Virus record (IMG/VR): IMGVR_UViG_3300028591_000189
Location: 7,880-71,879 of that record
DNA: 64,000 nt
From: a virus
Lineage: Duplodnaviria > Caudoviricetes
Strand: one strand, 5' to 3'
Shown here: positions 28,859 through 38,746 of the stretch, piece by piece
How positions within the stretch are numbered: the first letter of the stretch is position 1
How the letters are laid out: each line of letters starts with the position of its first letter
Made by a program: the position numbers and the translations under genes
The notes under the pieces: model-generated
What the model saw: only the letters and a program-made list of their open reading frames with translations
Databases searched by the model: none
Told to the model about the DNA's origin: nothing

Positions 28859-29683
28859 ATGATCCTGACGGCAGAGAACTATTACACAATGGAAGCGGAC
28901 ATGGCATACGTGTCCGTTTCTCAGTACAAAAACTTTTACGGGACAACTCAGAAACCAGGATGCGAAGAGTGTGCCTTGGCTATTATCCGTGGCGAGTATG
29001 AACCGCCTGTAACGGATGCGCTCTTAATCGGCTCTTATGTTGATGCGTACTTCGACCATTCACTGGATAAGTTTATTGCCGAACACCCTGACGTTATCTC
29101 AACAAGGGGTGCGACAAAGGGCCAGTTGAAATCTCAGTATCAGCAGGCCGACGCCATGATTCGGCGGTGCGAACGTGACGAACTGTTCATGAAGTACATG
29201 AGGGGCGACACGCAAGTTATCATGACCGGGGAAATCGGCGGCGTACCTGTGAAAATCAAGATTGACAGCACGGACGGTCACAGAATCACGGACTTAAAGA
29301 CATGCCGTAGTCTGAATCAGACCTATTACGCTGCGGATGTTGGTGAGAGAATCAACTTCATTGAAGCGTTCGGATACGACACACAGGGTGCAGTCTATCA
29401 AGAAATCTATTATCAGAACACGGGCAAGCGGCTTCCGTTCTATATTGCGGCGGTCAGTAAGGATAAGACAGAGGGTATTCCCCATCCGAGAATTGCCGTG
29501 ATTCAGATACCCGATGTTATCCTTAATGAACGACTGATTGAGTTTGAGCGCAGAGTGCCGATGATTCAGATGTTGAAGAACGGTGAAGCAGAGCCTACAA
29601 GATGCGGTGTATGCGACTATTGTGCTGACACAGAAGTTTTGGAACGTCCTATTTCTTCGGACGAACTGTTATCTATGGTATGA
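28859..29683 (+). CDS. PD-(D/E)XK exonuclease (DUF3799 / RecE-like)
   Basis: LT.ENYY, SVSQYK.F, KIKID...ITDLKT, GYD.QGAVYQ. Confidence 0.85.
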   Translation: MILTAENYYTMEADMAYVSVSQYKNFYGTTQKPGCEECALAIIRGEYEPPVTDALLIGSYVDAYFDHSLDKFIAEHPDVISTRGATKGQLKSQYQQADAMIRRCERDELFMKYMRGDTQVIMTGEIGGVPVKIKIDSTDGHRITDLKTCRSLNQTYYAADVGERINFIEAFGYDTQGAVYQEIYYQNTGKRLPFYIAAVSKDKTEGIPHPRIAVIQIPDVILNERLIEFERRVPMIQMLKNGEAEPTRCGVCDYCADTEVLERPISSDELLSMV

Positions 29684-30054
29684 AGGATTCGATAATCATT
29701 AACATGCGGTACAGCGACTATGACTGTCTGACTGGTCAACCTAATGTGGAACGGCATCATGTTCTCATGGGGCAGATGCGGTCAAAGGCAGATGAAGATG
29801 GTCTTTGGATACCGCTGACGAAACAGCATCATACCGAAGGTTCTAAACCACAAGCGGGCGTAAGATGCGACATACATCATTGTGAACTTTTACGGACAAT
29901 GAGCCAAATGCTGGCACAGACCGCATGGGAGAAGGACTACATTCTGAACATCATCAAGAACGCAGACGAGGACATTTACGGGGAACGTGTTGACGAACTC
30001 TGCGTTATGGCAAGGGAAGCATTTACCAGGAGATACGGAAGGAGTTTCTTATAA
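29680..30054 (+). CDS. HNH-like/His-Cys hypothetical protein
   Basis: VERHHV...GLWIPL...HH, ends YGRSFL. Confidence 0.55.
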   Translation: MKDSIIINMRYSDYDCLTGQPNVERHHVLMGQMRSKADEDGLWIPLTKQHHTEGSKPQAGVRCDIHHCELLRTMSQMLAQTAWEKDYILNIIKNADEDIYGERVDELCVMAREAFTRRYGRSFL

Positions 30055-30584
30055 TTGGTATTTAAAAATGGGACAAGGGTAAAAATCAAAAGATGTACGA
30101 CATTCACGCAGTCTTACAGGAAGTATGTCGGAGAAGTCGGCACGATCATTACGTGTTCTACGCTGATTGAGGAAGTCTACGGCGTAAGACTTAGTAATGG
30201 CAAGATTGTAGGTTGCATCGGTTGTGACCTGATTCGTTACTTTTAAGGGGGAGTTATGACAGCAGTTGTAGGATTCATTTGCTTCATGGTCGGCGGCGCT
30301 TGCGGAGTGTTCTGTACGGCACTAGCGGTGGCGGCAAAGAACAGGGACAGAATGTTTGAGGACAGGGATTAAGTCTGTCAAAAATATCTACTAAAGTAGA
30401 TTATAAAAATCGGCCCGTTGTAGGCAGTAGATAGTAGAGGGAAAAATATATCCCAACTTTTTTCAAAAGCCGTTATAAAAATCGTCCACTTATGGGCGTA
30501 GGAAAGTAGGAACAAAATAATTTTAAAAACATTTGCTCAAAACGTGGGTAAATGTCCTGTGTGTTATGAAAGGAGAAAAAACAC

Positions 30585-31070
30585 ATGAAACGCTATGAAC
30601 TTATGAACCATACTTTTGTCGAACTGAAATCCGTGGGGTATGCACTCATGGAGAGCCGCAAGACAACGGAAATGCTTTACGGCGATGATGCGAAGCCCGA
30701 AATCATGGAAGCGGTTGACTTTGCGATTGATTGCATCGTCCGGCAGGTCTACATCGAAGAACTGACTGCGGCTAAGACTGACGAGGAAAAGGAAGCCGTT
30801 GTACTGGAAATCCCCGGCGACTTCGTTGTTTGCAAGCCCATTGGCAAGCCAAAGGACAGGAAGGCTCTTTTCTTCGGTGGTTACGACAATGGCGAAGCTA
30901 TCATCCGTGAAGATGGCAAGGACGTTCTGGTATTCGACTATCTCAGCAAGGCAGAGGAAGTTGCCGAAACCCTGGGCGAAGGGTGGAGAGCAGTTGATGT
31001 GTGCGAGGATGCAAACAAGGCCACTCACAGGCTTCTTGATGTGATTATGGAAGCACAGGACGAAGAATAA
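30585..31070 (+). CDS. Hypothetical protein
   Basis: SD aaggag; 161 aa ORF. Confidence 0.7.
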   Translation: MKRYELMNHTFVELKSVGYALMESRKTTEMLYGDDAKPEIMEAVDFAIDCIVRQVYIEELTAAKTDEEKEAVVLEIPGDFVVCKPIGKPKDRKALFFGGYDNGEAIIREDGKDVLVFDYLSKAEEVAETLGEGWRAVDVCEDANKATHRLLDVIMEAQDEE

Positions 31071-31151
31071 TCAGTTAACAGGGCCGTGCGGAAACTTCTC
31101 TATGGGGTTTCCCACGGCTACTATATAGGCTTTAAACGAAAGGAGTTTAAT

Positions 31152-31538
31152 ATGTCAAAGGTGATTATTAAGGGAATTAAAGAGGATGGCAAGATTGATG
31201 CCGAGTGCAAGAGTACGGCAGTCCTTGTGACTGAACTGATCGAAAGGCTTCCTAAGATGTGCGAAGTCGACATTCGTAAGGAACTTGAAGAAATCAGGCT
31301 GAGCGCCGAACGTGATACCCGTATCCGACAGACATACGCTCATATCCTCAAAGAGCATAAGGCAGAGAAGAAAGCTGCGGCAGATACGATTGTCAAAGAT
31401 GCGGTTGCCGTAATCAAGCGTTGTGCAGAGGAACATAAAGACATGGATGCTGTCATGACCATCTGTAAGCTGTGCAAGGCTATTGCCGGGGACGAATTTG
31501 AGGTCAAGGCCGTGGCAGAAGGTGGAGAGGAAGAATGA
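31152..31538 (+). CDS. Hypothetical protein
   Basis: SD aaggag upstream of ATG 31152. Confidence 0.7.
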   Translation: MSKVIIKGIKEDGKIDAECKSTAVLVTELIERLPKMCEVDIRKELEEIRLSAERDTRIRQTYAHILKEHKAEKKAAADTIVKDAVAVIKRCAEEHKDMDAVMTICKLCKAIAGDEFEVKAVAEGGEEE

Positions 31539-32506
31539 CACAGATGGAACATTTTCTCTGCTTGCTTTGGGGTTGCCTTATCGGTCACTTTATTGTCTAT
31601 GGTTGGTGTAGGTTTTGGGACTTCATAACTAGGAAACGTGTTGAAATTCCAGATATTAAGTACGATGTTACCGACAATCCTATTCTGCAATTAAAGAGCC
31701 GATTAGGACAGGCGTATGTTGCAACCTATGATCGTACCGCAAAGAAGTTGCTCCATCGGCTTTTAGAGTACGTGAAATGGATTGACAACTGGCATAAGGA
31801 ACAGGTTCTCCTTGTGGAAAATGACCGCAACGGTTATAAGCGAAAGGCCGAACGGTTACAGGCAGAGTTTGAAGCTGAGTGTTCCAAAAATGCAGAGTTG
31901 GAGAAGCAGCTTAAAAGCATAGGCGAGAAGTATGTATTCTGTTACAACATGCTTCAAAAGGAAATGCTTAGTGACTGGAAGCCGATTGAACGGGCAGAGA
32001 ATGTAAGAGAAGCGTTGTGTACACCGCAAGAGTGGCGGAACATCTACGACAAAAAGCCTATACCAGTCGGCTATTCTGGAACTGCTAATACCGCAACCGA
32101 AGCAACCGAGTTGGCAGAACACCTAATGAATATGACCAGCCAACCGATTGTCATGGATTCAGAAACCCTCAACGACACGCAAATCAAAAACGAAGAGTTT
32201 ATCAAACAGTTGCATGACTGGTTGGGACTTGAAGCAAGCAAGGCGGTGGAACTTCCTAATGCCGATAAAGAACGTTTGAGCGCTGATGAACTTAGGCGAA
32301 AGTACGCATGGTTTTTGGCATTATACAAGAATCCAAACAATGAACCGTTAAAGCGTTTCAAGGTCAGAGTTATCGGCACTTACAACAACGACAGGGACAG
32401 CTTGCTTACAGACTGGATACTTCCGGCAACAAGCATAAATGAAATCCGCAACGTGCTTGGCGAAGATGGGATAAGGGTTCTTGGCGGAGAAGAATTGCCC
32501 ATCTGA
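31535..32506 (+). CDS. Hypothetical protein with N-terminal TM helix and coiled coil
   Basis: LCLLWGCLIGHFIVYGW; 323 aa. Confidence 0.65.
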   Translation: MTQMEHFLCLLWGCLIGHFIVYGWCRFWDFITRKRVEIPDIKYDVTDNPILQLKSRLGQAYVATYDRTAKKLLHRLLEYVKWIDNWHKEQVLLVENDRNGYKRKAERLQAEFEAECSKNAELEKQLKSIGEKYVFCYNMLQKEMLSDWKPIERAENVREALCTPQEWRNIYDKKPIPVGYSGTANTATEATELAEHLMNMTSQPIVMDSETLNDTQIKNEEFIKQLHDWLGLEASKAVELPNADKERLSADELRRKYAWFLALYKNPNNEPLKRFKVRVIGTYNNDRDSLLTDWILPATSINEIRNVLGEDGIRVLGGEELPI

Positions 32507-32768
32507 GAGTAAAAAACATACCCCGAAAGTATGTTTACATTAGTAGAAAAATCTGTATAATAAAGTAGAGGGAAAGAGAGAGGAAACACAAATTGGGTTA
32601 CTTTGTCTTTCTCTCTTTTTTTTACTTTTAACTGCATAGAAAAAGGACTAGCTTACTGCGAATAAGCCAGTCCGATGGAAAGATGAACCACGACTTCATC
32701 AGTCCGTATACATAAAGTATAGCATCTTTCTATCTCTGTGTCCACGCACGAAAGGAAGATGTTTTTTT

Positions 32769-33215
32769 ATGGCAAAATCCAGGTCACACAACGACAGCAA
32801 CGGCGAAGCATTTGAGAGCATGGGGACAATCTTTATCAACCCCTACACTGAGGAAAAGCAGAAAGAATCATTTACCAAAATCTATGAGAGTATGCTTTTG
32901 AATCCCGTTTTCCAAAGTCTGAATTTAAGACAGCGTTTTCTCTATGTGATATGCAAGGCACAGTATTATGGCAAGCGCAAGCCGGAACGTGATTTTAAGG
33001 ACATTGAAGAATATCAAGGCAAAGACCTGTTCTATCTGAATTGGGGAACCGTTCAGCGTTATGGGATTTACAAGCCGACCATGCACAGCGGATTTTATAA
33101 AGATATGAAGGCCCTTATTGATGCCGGACTGATCGAACGTGTTACTAGCGGTAAGAATCAGCGGACTAAGAGTGTGTACCGTTACTCTAGCAAGTGGCGC
33201 ACCTTAGAAGTATAG
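32769..33215 (+). CDS. Winged-helix DNA-binding protein (Rep-like)
   Basis: F..L....R.LY..C and L...GLIER...G.....VY pattern; followed by four palindromic boxes. Confidence 0.55.
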   Translation: MAKSRSHNDSNGEAFESMGTIFINPYTEEKQKESFTKIYESMLLNPVFQSLNLRQRFLYVICKAQYYGKRKPERDFKDIEEYQGKDLFYLNWGTVQRYGIYKPTMHSGFYKDMKALIDAGLIERVTSGKNQRTKSVYRYSSKWRTLEV

Positions 33216-33239
33216 AGGGTATGGTATATTCTATATATC

Positions 33240-33381
33240 TGTGTCTTATTTAACACATAGCAAGCCCGAAAATCTGTCAAGTAGTGTGTCAATATTAACA
33301 CATGGCAAATCCCAAAAACCGAACCATTGATGCCTTATGTGTGTCAATATTAACACACGCATATGTGTCTTATTTAACACA
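33240..33381. repeat. Four 18-bp palindromic boxes TGTGT-N8-ACACA (iteron/operator cluster)
   Basis: 33240-33257 and 33364-33381 tgtgtcttatttaacaca; 33285-33302 and 33340-33357 tgtgtcaatattaacaca. Confidence 0.9.
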
Positions 33382-33517
33382 CGCAAAATAATTCTACTTC
33401 CCTAAAAATTCCCCATAAATTAAGTCTATTGTGGTTGACATACTATCTTAATGGTGCTATCCTATTATCGTAGTCAGTCAACTGCAATAGATGAAATTTG
33501 AAAGGAGAGTAGAACAC

Positions 33518-33793
33518 ATGACTAAGGAACTGGCAGAAAAGAAGTGCTATGAACTGATCCACGAAGCACTTCGTATCGCAAGGGAAGTTGACCCTGACGT
33601 GCATAGAATCTCATGCTTCATCATTGACGATGGGCCGGAAGCAAGCATCTATACCAACGTAAGAGCAATGAAGAAGGGCGAAGGCGTTGACGAAGATGGT
33701 TTCGACAACCTTGTTAACGTGCTTGAATACAGCAAGTTTGACTACGGCGAGTATGCGTTCGTCACAACGGGTGATAAGGGGGAACAGGCATGA
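33518..33793 (+). CDS. Hypothetical protein
   Basis: SD aaggag; promoter TTGACA-17-TATCCT upstream near 33435. Confidence 0.7.
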   Translation: MTKELAEKKCYELIHEALRIAREVDPDVHRISCFIIDDGPEASIYTNVRAMKKGEGVDEDGFDNLVNVLEYSKFDYGEYAFVTTGDKGEQA

Positions 33794-33982
33794 CAGTAAT
33801 TGATGTTCTTGCGGTACTGCCCATGGAAACGAAGGTCTGCATCAAAGATGAAAGCGGAGCCATCCTGTATGAAGGCGGCATCGAAGATATGCGGATTGAC
33901 GAACTTGTGGAACGCCGTGTAGCTGGGGTTGACCTGGTTTTTATGCTTACGGTTTCTACATGAGTAGACGGATGATGTAAAT

Positions 33983-34846
33983 ATGGTAGAAAAGGAGAGA
34001 TACTTGGAACAGCATCATAATCGCATTAAATGTGAAGCATGGAATGATTCTATGCAGAACTGGAAAAAGTACCCGATTCAGAAGGCACAGCTTATTATTG
34101 CAGACGTGCCGTATAACGTGGGTACTAATTTTTACGGCAGTAATCCTGTATGGTACAACGGCGGCGACAATAAGAACGGGGAAAGCAAGCTGGCAGGCAA
34201 GGCGGCATTTGCTTCGGACTTTAATTTCAACCTGTATGAGTATTTCCACTTCTGTTCACAGCTTATGAAAAAAGAGCCTAAGAAGGGCGGCGCAAGGGGG
34301 CGTTCATCTGATGCTCCCTGCATGATCGTTTTTTGTAGCTTCCAGCAACAGGAAACACTTATCAAGGCGGCGGCAAAACACGGATTCATTCATTACATAC
34401 CGCTGACGTTCATCAAGAAGTCTAGCCCACAGGCGTTAAAGGCAAACATGAGGATTGTCGGGGCAACGGAGAGGGCGCTTCTGTTTTATAGAGGTTATCT
34501 GCCTAAGTTCAGGAACGGCGCTATCTATGATGAAAGCGGAAGGGCGGTTCGTGGAACAGGTCACATGGTACTTGACTGGATGGAGTATGAGCGTGACGGT
34601 AAAGACGTTCCTAAGATTCATCCTACGCAGAAACCCGTCAAGTTGTTAAAGCGACTTATAGAAGTCTGTACCGACCCTGGGGACGTTGTTATTGACCCTT
34701 GTTTTGGCTCCGGCAGTACGGGTAGAGCCTGTATCGAAACGGGGCGCAACTTTTATGGGTTCGAGATCAATAAAGAGTTTTACAGACGGGCAACAGAGGA
34801 AATGCTTATTGTGCCGGAGTACGTACAACAGGAATTGGCTCTTTAA
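33983..34846 (+). CDS. Orphan N6A/N4C DNA methyltransferase
   Basis: IADVPYN (motif IV variant), HPTQKPV, DPCFGSGST (SAM binding), GFEI. Confidence 0.92.
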   Translation: MVEKERYLEQHHNRIKCEAWNDSMQNWKKYPIQKAQLIIADVPYNVGTNFYGSNPVWYNGGDNKNGESKLAGKAAFASDFNFNLYEYFHFCSQLMKKEPKKGGARGRSSDAPCMIVFCSFQQQETLIKAAAKHGFIHYIPLTFIKKSSPQALKANMRIVGATERALLFYRGYLPKFRNGAIYDESGRAVRGTGHMVLDWMEYERDGKDVPKIHPTQKPVKLLKRLIEVCTDPGDVVIDPCFGSGSTGRACIETGRNFYGFEINKEFYRRATEEMLIVPEYVQQELAL

Positions 34847-34981
34847 TTATGCCCTGACAGTCTACTAATGTAGAATCACACGTCTACAACGGCCCATATA
34901 AGCCTATACAGACGTTTTTATTCATCAGCCGCATAAATTACCACGCAAACAGCAAACAGCCTTAAAACGGCCTTAAAGGGG

Positions 34982-35389
34982 GTGAGAGAGGTTTTTCAAT
35001 TTAAAATAGAAGGCAAGTTTCACAAGAACAGGCGGACAATGCCGGATTTGAACGACTTGCTTTCAGCATCTAAACGGCATCCGATGGCAGGCAATAAAAT
35101 GAAACGTGACTTTGCCACGGTTGCCAACGCATGTATAAGACAGGCAAGGCGGCGAACACCGTTAAGGACACCTGTCTATATCGTTTACCGATTCTATGAA
35201 GCAGATAAGCGAAGGGACAAATCCAATGTTGCCAGTTTCGCCATCAAAGTCATAGAGGATAGCTTGCAAGAGGTCGGTCTGCTTCCTAATGACGGATGGG
35301 CCGAAGTGGAAAACTGGACATGCAGATTCGGAATTGATAAGGACAATCCGAGAATCGAAGTGACCGTTTACGAACAAGGAGAGTATTAA
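34982..35389 (+). CDS. rusA: RusA-like Holliday junction resolvase
   Basis: RRDKSN...K.IEDSL...GLLPND...NPRIEV. Confidence 0.85.
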   Translation: MREVFQFKIEGKFHKNRRTMPDLNDLLSASKRHPMAGNKMKRDFATVANACIRQARRRTPLRTPVYIVYRFYEADKRRDKSNVASFAIKVIEDSLQEVGLLPNDGWAEVENWTCRFGIDKDNPRIEVTVYEQGEY

Positions 35390-35390
35390 C

Positions 35391-35663
35391 ATGGCATCAA
35401 TCAGAGTTAACGAGGACTGGAAGATTGACATTGACGATGCTGGCAATCACATTCCGCAGAGGAAGAAGGTCAATCAGAAAACAGGCGAAGAGTATTACGT
35501 TGGCAACGGATTCTTTTCCAGTGTCGAGGGTGCGCTTAAAGAAATCGTGAGCATCGGAACAAGGGAGAAGGTTCTGTCAGCAGAAGAAGAAGTATCTATC
35601 CGTGACTACATCAGCATCATGCGTGAAGAGAGAAAGGCGCTTGAAGCTGCGCTGAGAGCATGA
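35391..35663 (+). CDS. Hypothetical protein
   Basis: Coupled ORF, 90 aa. Confidence 0.65.
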   Translation: MASIRVNEDWKIDIDDAGNHIPQRKKVNQKTGEEYYVGNGFFSSVEGALKEIVSIGTREKVLSAEEEVSIRDYISIMREERKALEAALRA

Positions 35664-36256
35664 GAAGGCCGATGGTACGGAAGTCTTTGTTCCCTAACGA
35701 ACGTGAAATCAAAGCGTTCCTGGATGGCACAAAGACAACGTACACGACCCCTGTTATGCCGCATGGGATACCGACAGATTACAGTCAGGGCAACGGACTT
35801 TGGATTTACATGTCGGAGAACGGAACCTTTATAAAAGATTTGTCGGTAGCCCCGTTTTGGCAGAGGTTAGATCATTACAACTATTTATACGGGCCGTACA
35901 GAGTTGGCGAAACGTATTACTGCCGGGAACAATATTCGTATGATAAAGATGGGAACGTTGTTTACAGAGTGGGATACAAAGGCAAGGTCAAGTACAAGTT
36001 TGGCTGGGATGGCGTTGGCGCTATGGGCGCTGACAAGGCACGTATCTTCCTAAATGTCAAGGAAGTACGGCTCCGTAGACTGCATGACATGACGGTGGAA
36101 GATTCGCTTAAAGACGGGGTAAAGCCTAATCCGAAAGCCAAAAATCCGCTGTCAACGTACATGAGGATATGGGACGAGGAACAGAAAATCAAGTGGAAAG
36201 AAAATCCGTGGGTATGGGTACTCACGGTGGAGAGAGCAAATGGAGAGAAAATTTGA
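35660..36256 (+). CDS. ASCH/PUA-like domain protein
   Basis: AFLDGTKT.., PYRVGE..Y.RE, RIFL.V..VR.RRL.DMT, W..NPWVWV. Confidence 0.7.
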   Translation: MRRPMVRKSLFPNEREIKAFLDGTKTTYTTPVMPHGIPTDYSQGNGLWIYMSENGTFIKDLSVAPFWQRLDHYNYLYGPYRVGETYYCREQYSYDKDGNVVYRVGYKGKVKYKFGWDGVGAMGADKARIFLNVKEVRLRRLHDMTVEDSLKDGVKPNPKAKNPLSTYMRIWDEEQKIKWKENPWVWVLTVERANGEKI

Positions 36257-36842
36257 ATGTGACGATGGAGCATTTCTTCGTGTGACTGTATGTGCGGTAT
36301 ACAACGAAGAAGGCGTCTATGACTATGATGTTTCATATGTAGACCACGACACAGGGGAAAACATAATCATTCCTGTTATTGAGGAACAGCTTGCACCCAT
36401 AGAGGAAGTAGTGAACTGTGAACCCAACATCGACTGGCAGGCAACTTACAACGAATACTCCGAGAAGGCGCAGAGAACGATTGCCAGCCTTAGTAAGCGG
36501 ATAACCGAACTGAACGCCCTTCTTAAAGATGCGCAGTCTAAGGCGGACGGTCTTAATTCTGCACTCAAAGAACAGGATAGTGCGTATGCGGATGTTGTAA
36601 GCAAGAACGCCGCACTTACGAAGAATAACCGTGAACTTGAAGAAAGCCTGTCCACCAAAAAGGGAGAAGTCAAGCACTGGCGTGGAATGTATATTCACAT
36701 GAAAGAAAGGTGCAACGAATACAAGAGGGCCGCTGACAATCTGATGGTGGAACGTGACCGGGCAGACGATGAACTTGCGCTCACAAGAATCATGAACACG
36801 GCGCTTGCAGAGAAGATTGAGAGGATGCAGAACAATGGCTAA
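36240..36842 (+). CDS. Coiled-coil hypothetical protein
   Basis: Heptad-rich C-terminal half. Confidence 0.6.
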   Translation: MERKFECDDGAFLRVTVCAVYNEEGVYDYDVSYVDHDTGENIIIPVIEEQLAPIEEVVNCEPNIDWQATYNEYSEKAQRTIASLSKRITELNALLKDAQSKADGLNSALKEQDSAYADVVSKNAALTKNNRELEESLSTKKGEVKHWRGMYIHMKERCNEYKRAADNLMVERDRADDELALTRIMNTALAEKIERMQNNG

Positions 36843-37290
36843 GAATTATGAAGTGGGGGAGAAATACTATCTGCCCGTGAAGGTTGATGAAGTTGTCAAT
36901 ACCAACTATGGCGTAAAGATAAGTTTTGAAGATGGTGCTGGCGAAGATACCACACGTATCTGTGATATGCCTGACGTTTTGTTGACCGCTAGCGAAATTG
37001 CGGCGAAAGTCCGTTACAGAAGAAACGTTGAGCAGGAAAACCGCTTTGAAGAACTGGAAAGGGAGAACCAGGAACTTAAAGAAGAGAACGGCAAGCTGAC
37101 CGCAAAGGTTGACGCACTGGAAGCCGAGTTGAACAACGCAAAGGCCCTTAATGAATTTGCCGTTAAAACCGAACAGAACAGGGAGAAACTTATCGCAGAA
37201 CAGCGAGAACTCATGAAGAAGTACAGCATGGTTATTGACGTTCTTATTGACAAGATCGTGGCACTCAGAAAGGGGGAAGGTAATGGCTAA
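36835..37290 (+). CDS. Coiled-coil protein, paralog 1 (MAKNYEVGEKYYLPV)
   Basis: N-terminus similar to next gene. Confidence 0.7.
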   Translation: MAKNYEVGEKYYLPVKVDEVVNTNYGVKISFEDGAGEDTTRICDMPDVLLTASEIAAKVRYRRNVEQENRFEELERENQELKEENGKLTAKVDALEAELNNAKALNEFAVKTEQNREKLIAEQRELMKKYSMVIDVLIDKIVALRKGEGNG

Positions 37291-38386
37291 AGAATATAAA
37301 GTGGGTGAGAAGTATTATCTGCCAGTGACGGTTAAAGAAATCGACATCGATTATATGTATCCTATTACCTTAGAGTTTGTTGACTGTGAAAGCTGTGATA
37401 CAACTGATTCAGTACGTATTACTGACGAACCTGACCTGTTGCTGACCGCAGATGAAGTTGCAGGATCGCTTAAGACCAAAGCAGATGTTATGGAAGTGGT
37501 CAGCGATTCGCTCCAGGAAGAGAACGAGAAACTCAAAACAAAAGTCGAAAGGCTGACAACGTGGTACGAGGAAGCGAACAGGACAGCATCAGAAGCTACG
37601 GAAGCCAACGATGAACTCAAAGCGAAGATTAAGGAACTCAGAACTCGTAATACCGAGTTGGAGGCCCTTCTGAAAGAAGTTACAGCGACAAGAGACGAGG
37701 CAATTCGGCAGAATAATGTACTTTTGGCAGAGATTAAAAAGCTGAAATACGAATGCAACGAGTTGAAAGATGCCGTTGATAAAAGGATTATTGATGTTCA
37801 GAATCTTACGGCAGAGAGAGATAATCTGAAAGCCGACCTTACAACGCAGAAGGAAGTTAACGAAGAACTCAAAACGAAGATTGCCGACCTGAGAAACCGT
37901 GTAGGCGAACAGTTAGCACAGATTCAAGACCTCAATGCGGAAGTCCATTTCCACAAAGAGTTTGGCGAAGGGCTTGATAAACAGCAGAAGGAATTACAGG
38001 CGCGGTATGATGAACTTGATTCTGTCAACAAGGAACAGGCAGAGAAGATTCGCAAGCTGGATGCAGGGCGTGACACATGGGAGCGCAACGCAAAGGCATG
38101 GAAAATGACCGCAGACGGAATGTCTAAGAGGGCAGAAGAACTCCAGGCTGAGAACGAAAAGCTGAACAACAGGAATAAATACCTGGAATCGGAGAAGAAC
38201 CGCAAGCCCATCGTCCATGTACTTACTAATGATGGACACGTTTATGCGTTTACATCAAGCGGTAAGGTATCCGTGAAATACCATACGGAACTCAACATCC
38301 TTATGATTGAGGACGGTGAAAAGACTATTGCCGGATTCTCCCGTGGTGATAAGCCCGGAAACCTGTCTGCATGGTGGATGGGATAA
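37283..38386 (+). CDS. Coiled-coil protein, paralog 2 (MAKEYKVGEKYYLPV)
   Basis: Shared N-domain, long coiled coil. Confidence 0.7.
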   Translation: MAKEYKVGEKYYLPVTVKEIDIDYMYPITLEFVDCESCDTTDSVRITDEPDLLLTADEVAGSLKTKADVMEVVSDSLQEENEKLKTKVERLTTWYEEANRTASEATEANDELKAKIKELRTRNTELEALLKEVTATRDEAIRQNNVLLAEIKKLKYECNELKDAVDKRIIDVQNLTAERDNLKADLTTQKEVNEELKTKIADLRNRVGEQLAQIQDLNAEVHFHKEFGEGLDKQQKELQARYDELDSVNKEQAEKIRKLDAGRDTWERNAKAWKMTADGMSKRAEELQAENEKLNNRNKYLESEKNRKPIVHVLTNDGHVYAFTSSGKVSVKYHTELNILMIEDGEKTIAGFSRGDKPGNLSAWWMG

Positions 38387-38746
38387 GTTGGCATATATCC
38401 AACATTTCTACCTTAGTAAACGCTTGCTATATACGACAGTAGATGTTAAAATAACATAGTAGTTCGGATAAGTAAGAGCCATTGAGCCGGATAATCTGTG
38501 TGGGGATACCATGCAGCTTACTCCGGCTCTTAGCAAAAAAACGTATAACGTAAAAGAACCGCCTGTGCGGGAACACAGAACGGTTCGGCAGGAAATGTTG
38601 GTAAGGAACATAACCTACATGGATTAGTGTACCATCATTCCCTCATTACGGTCAACGGGAAAGGTGGTATTTTTTATGTCTTAGCTAAATGGGTCTTAAT
38701 CATATCGTAACTGACAATTCTGTATTCAATTCATAAGGTGATAAAA

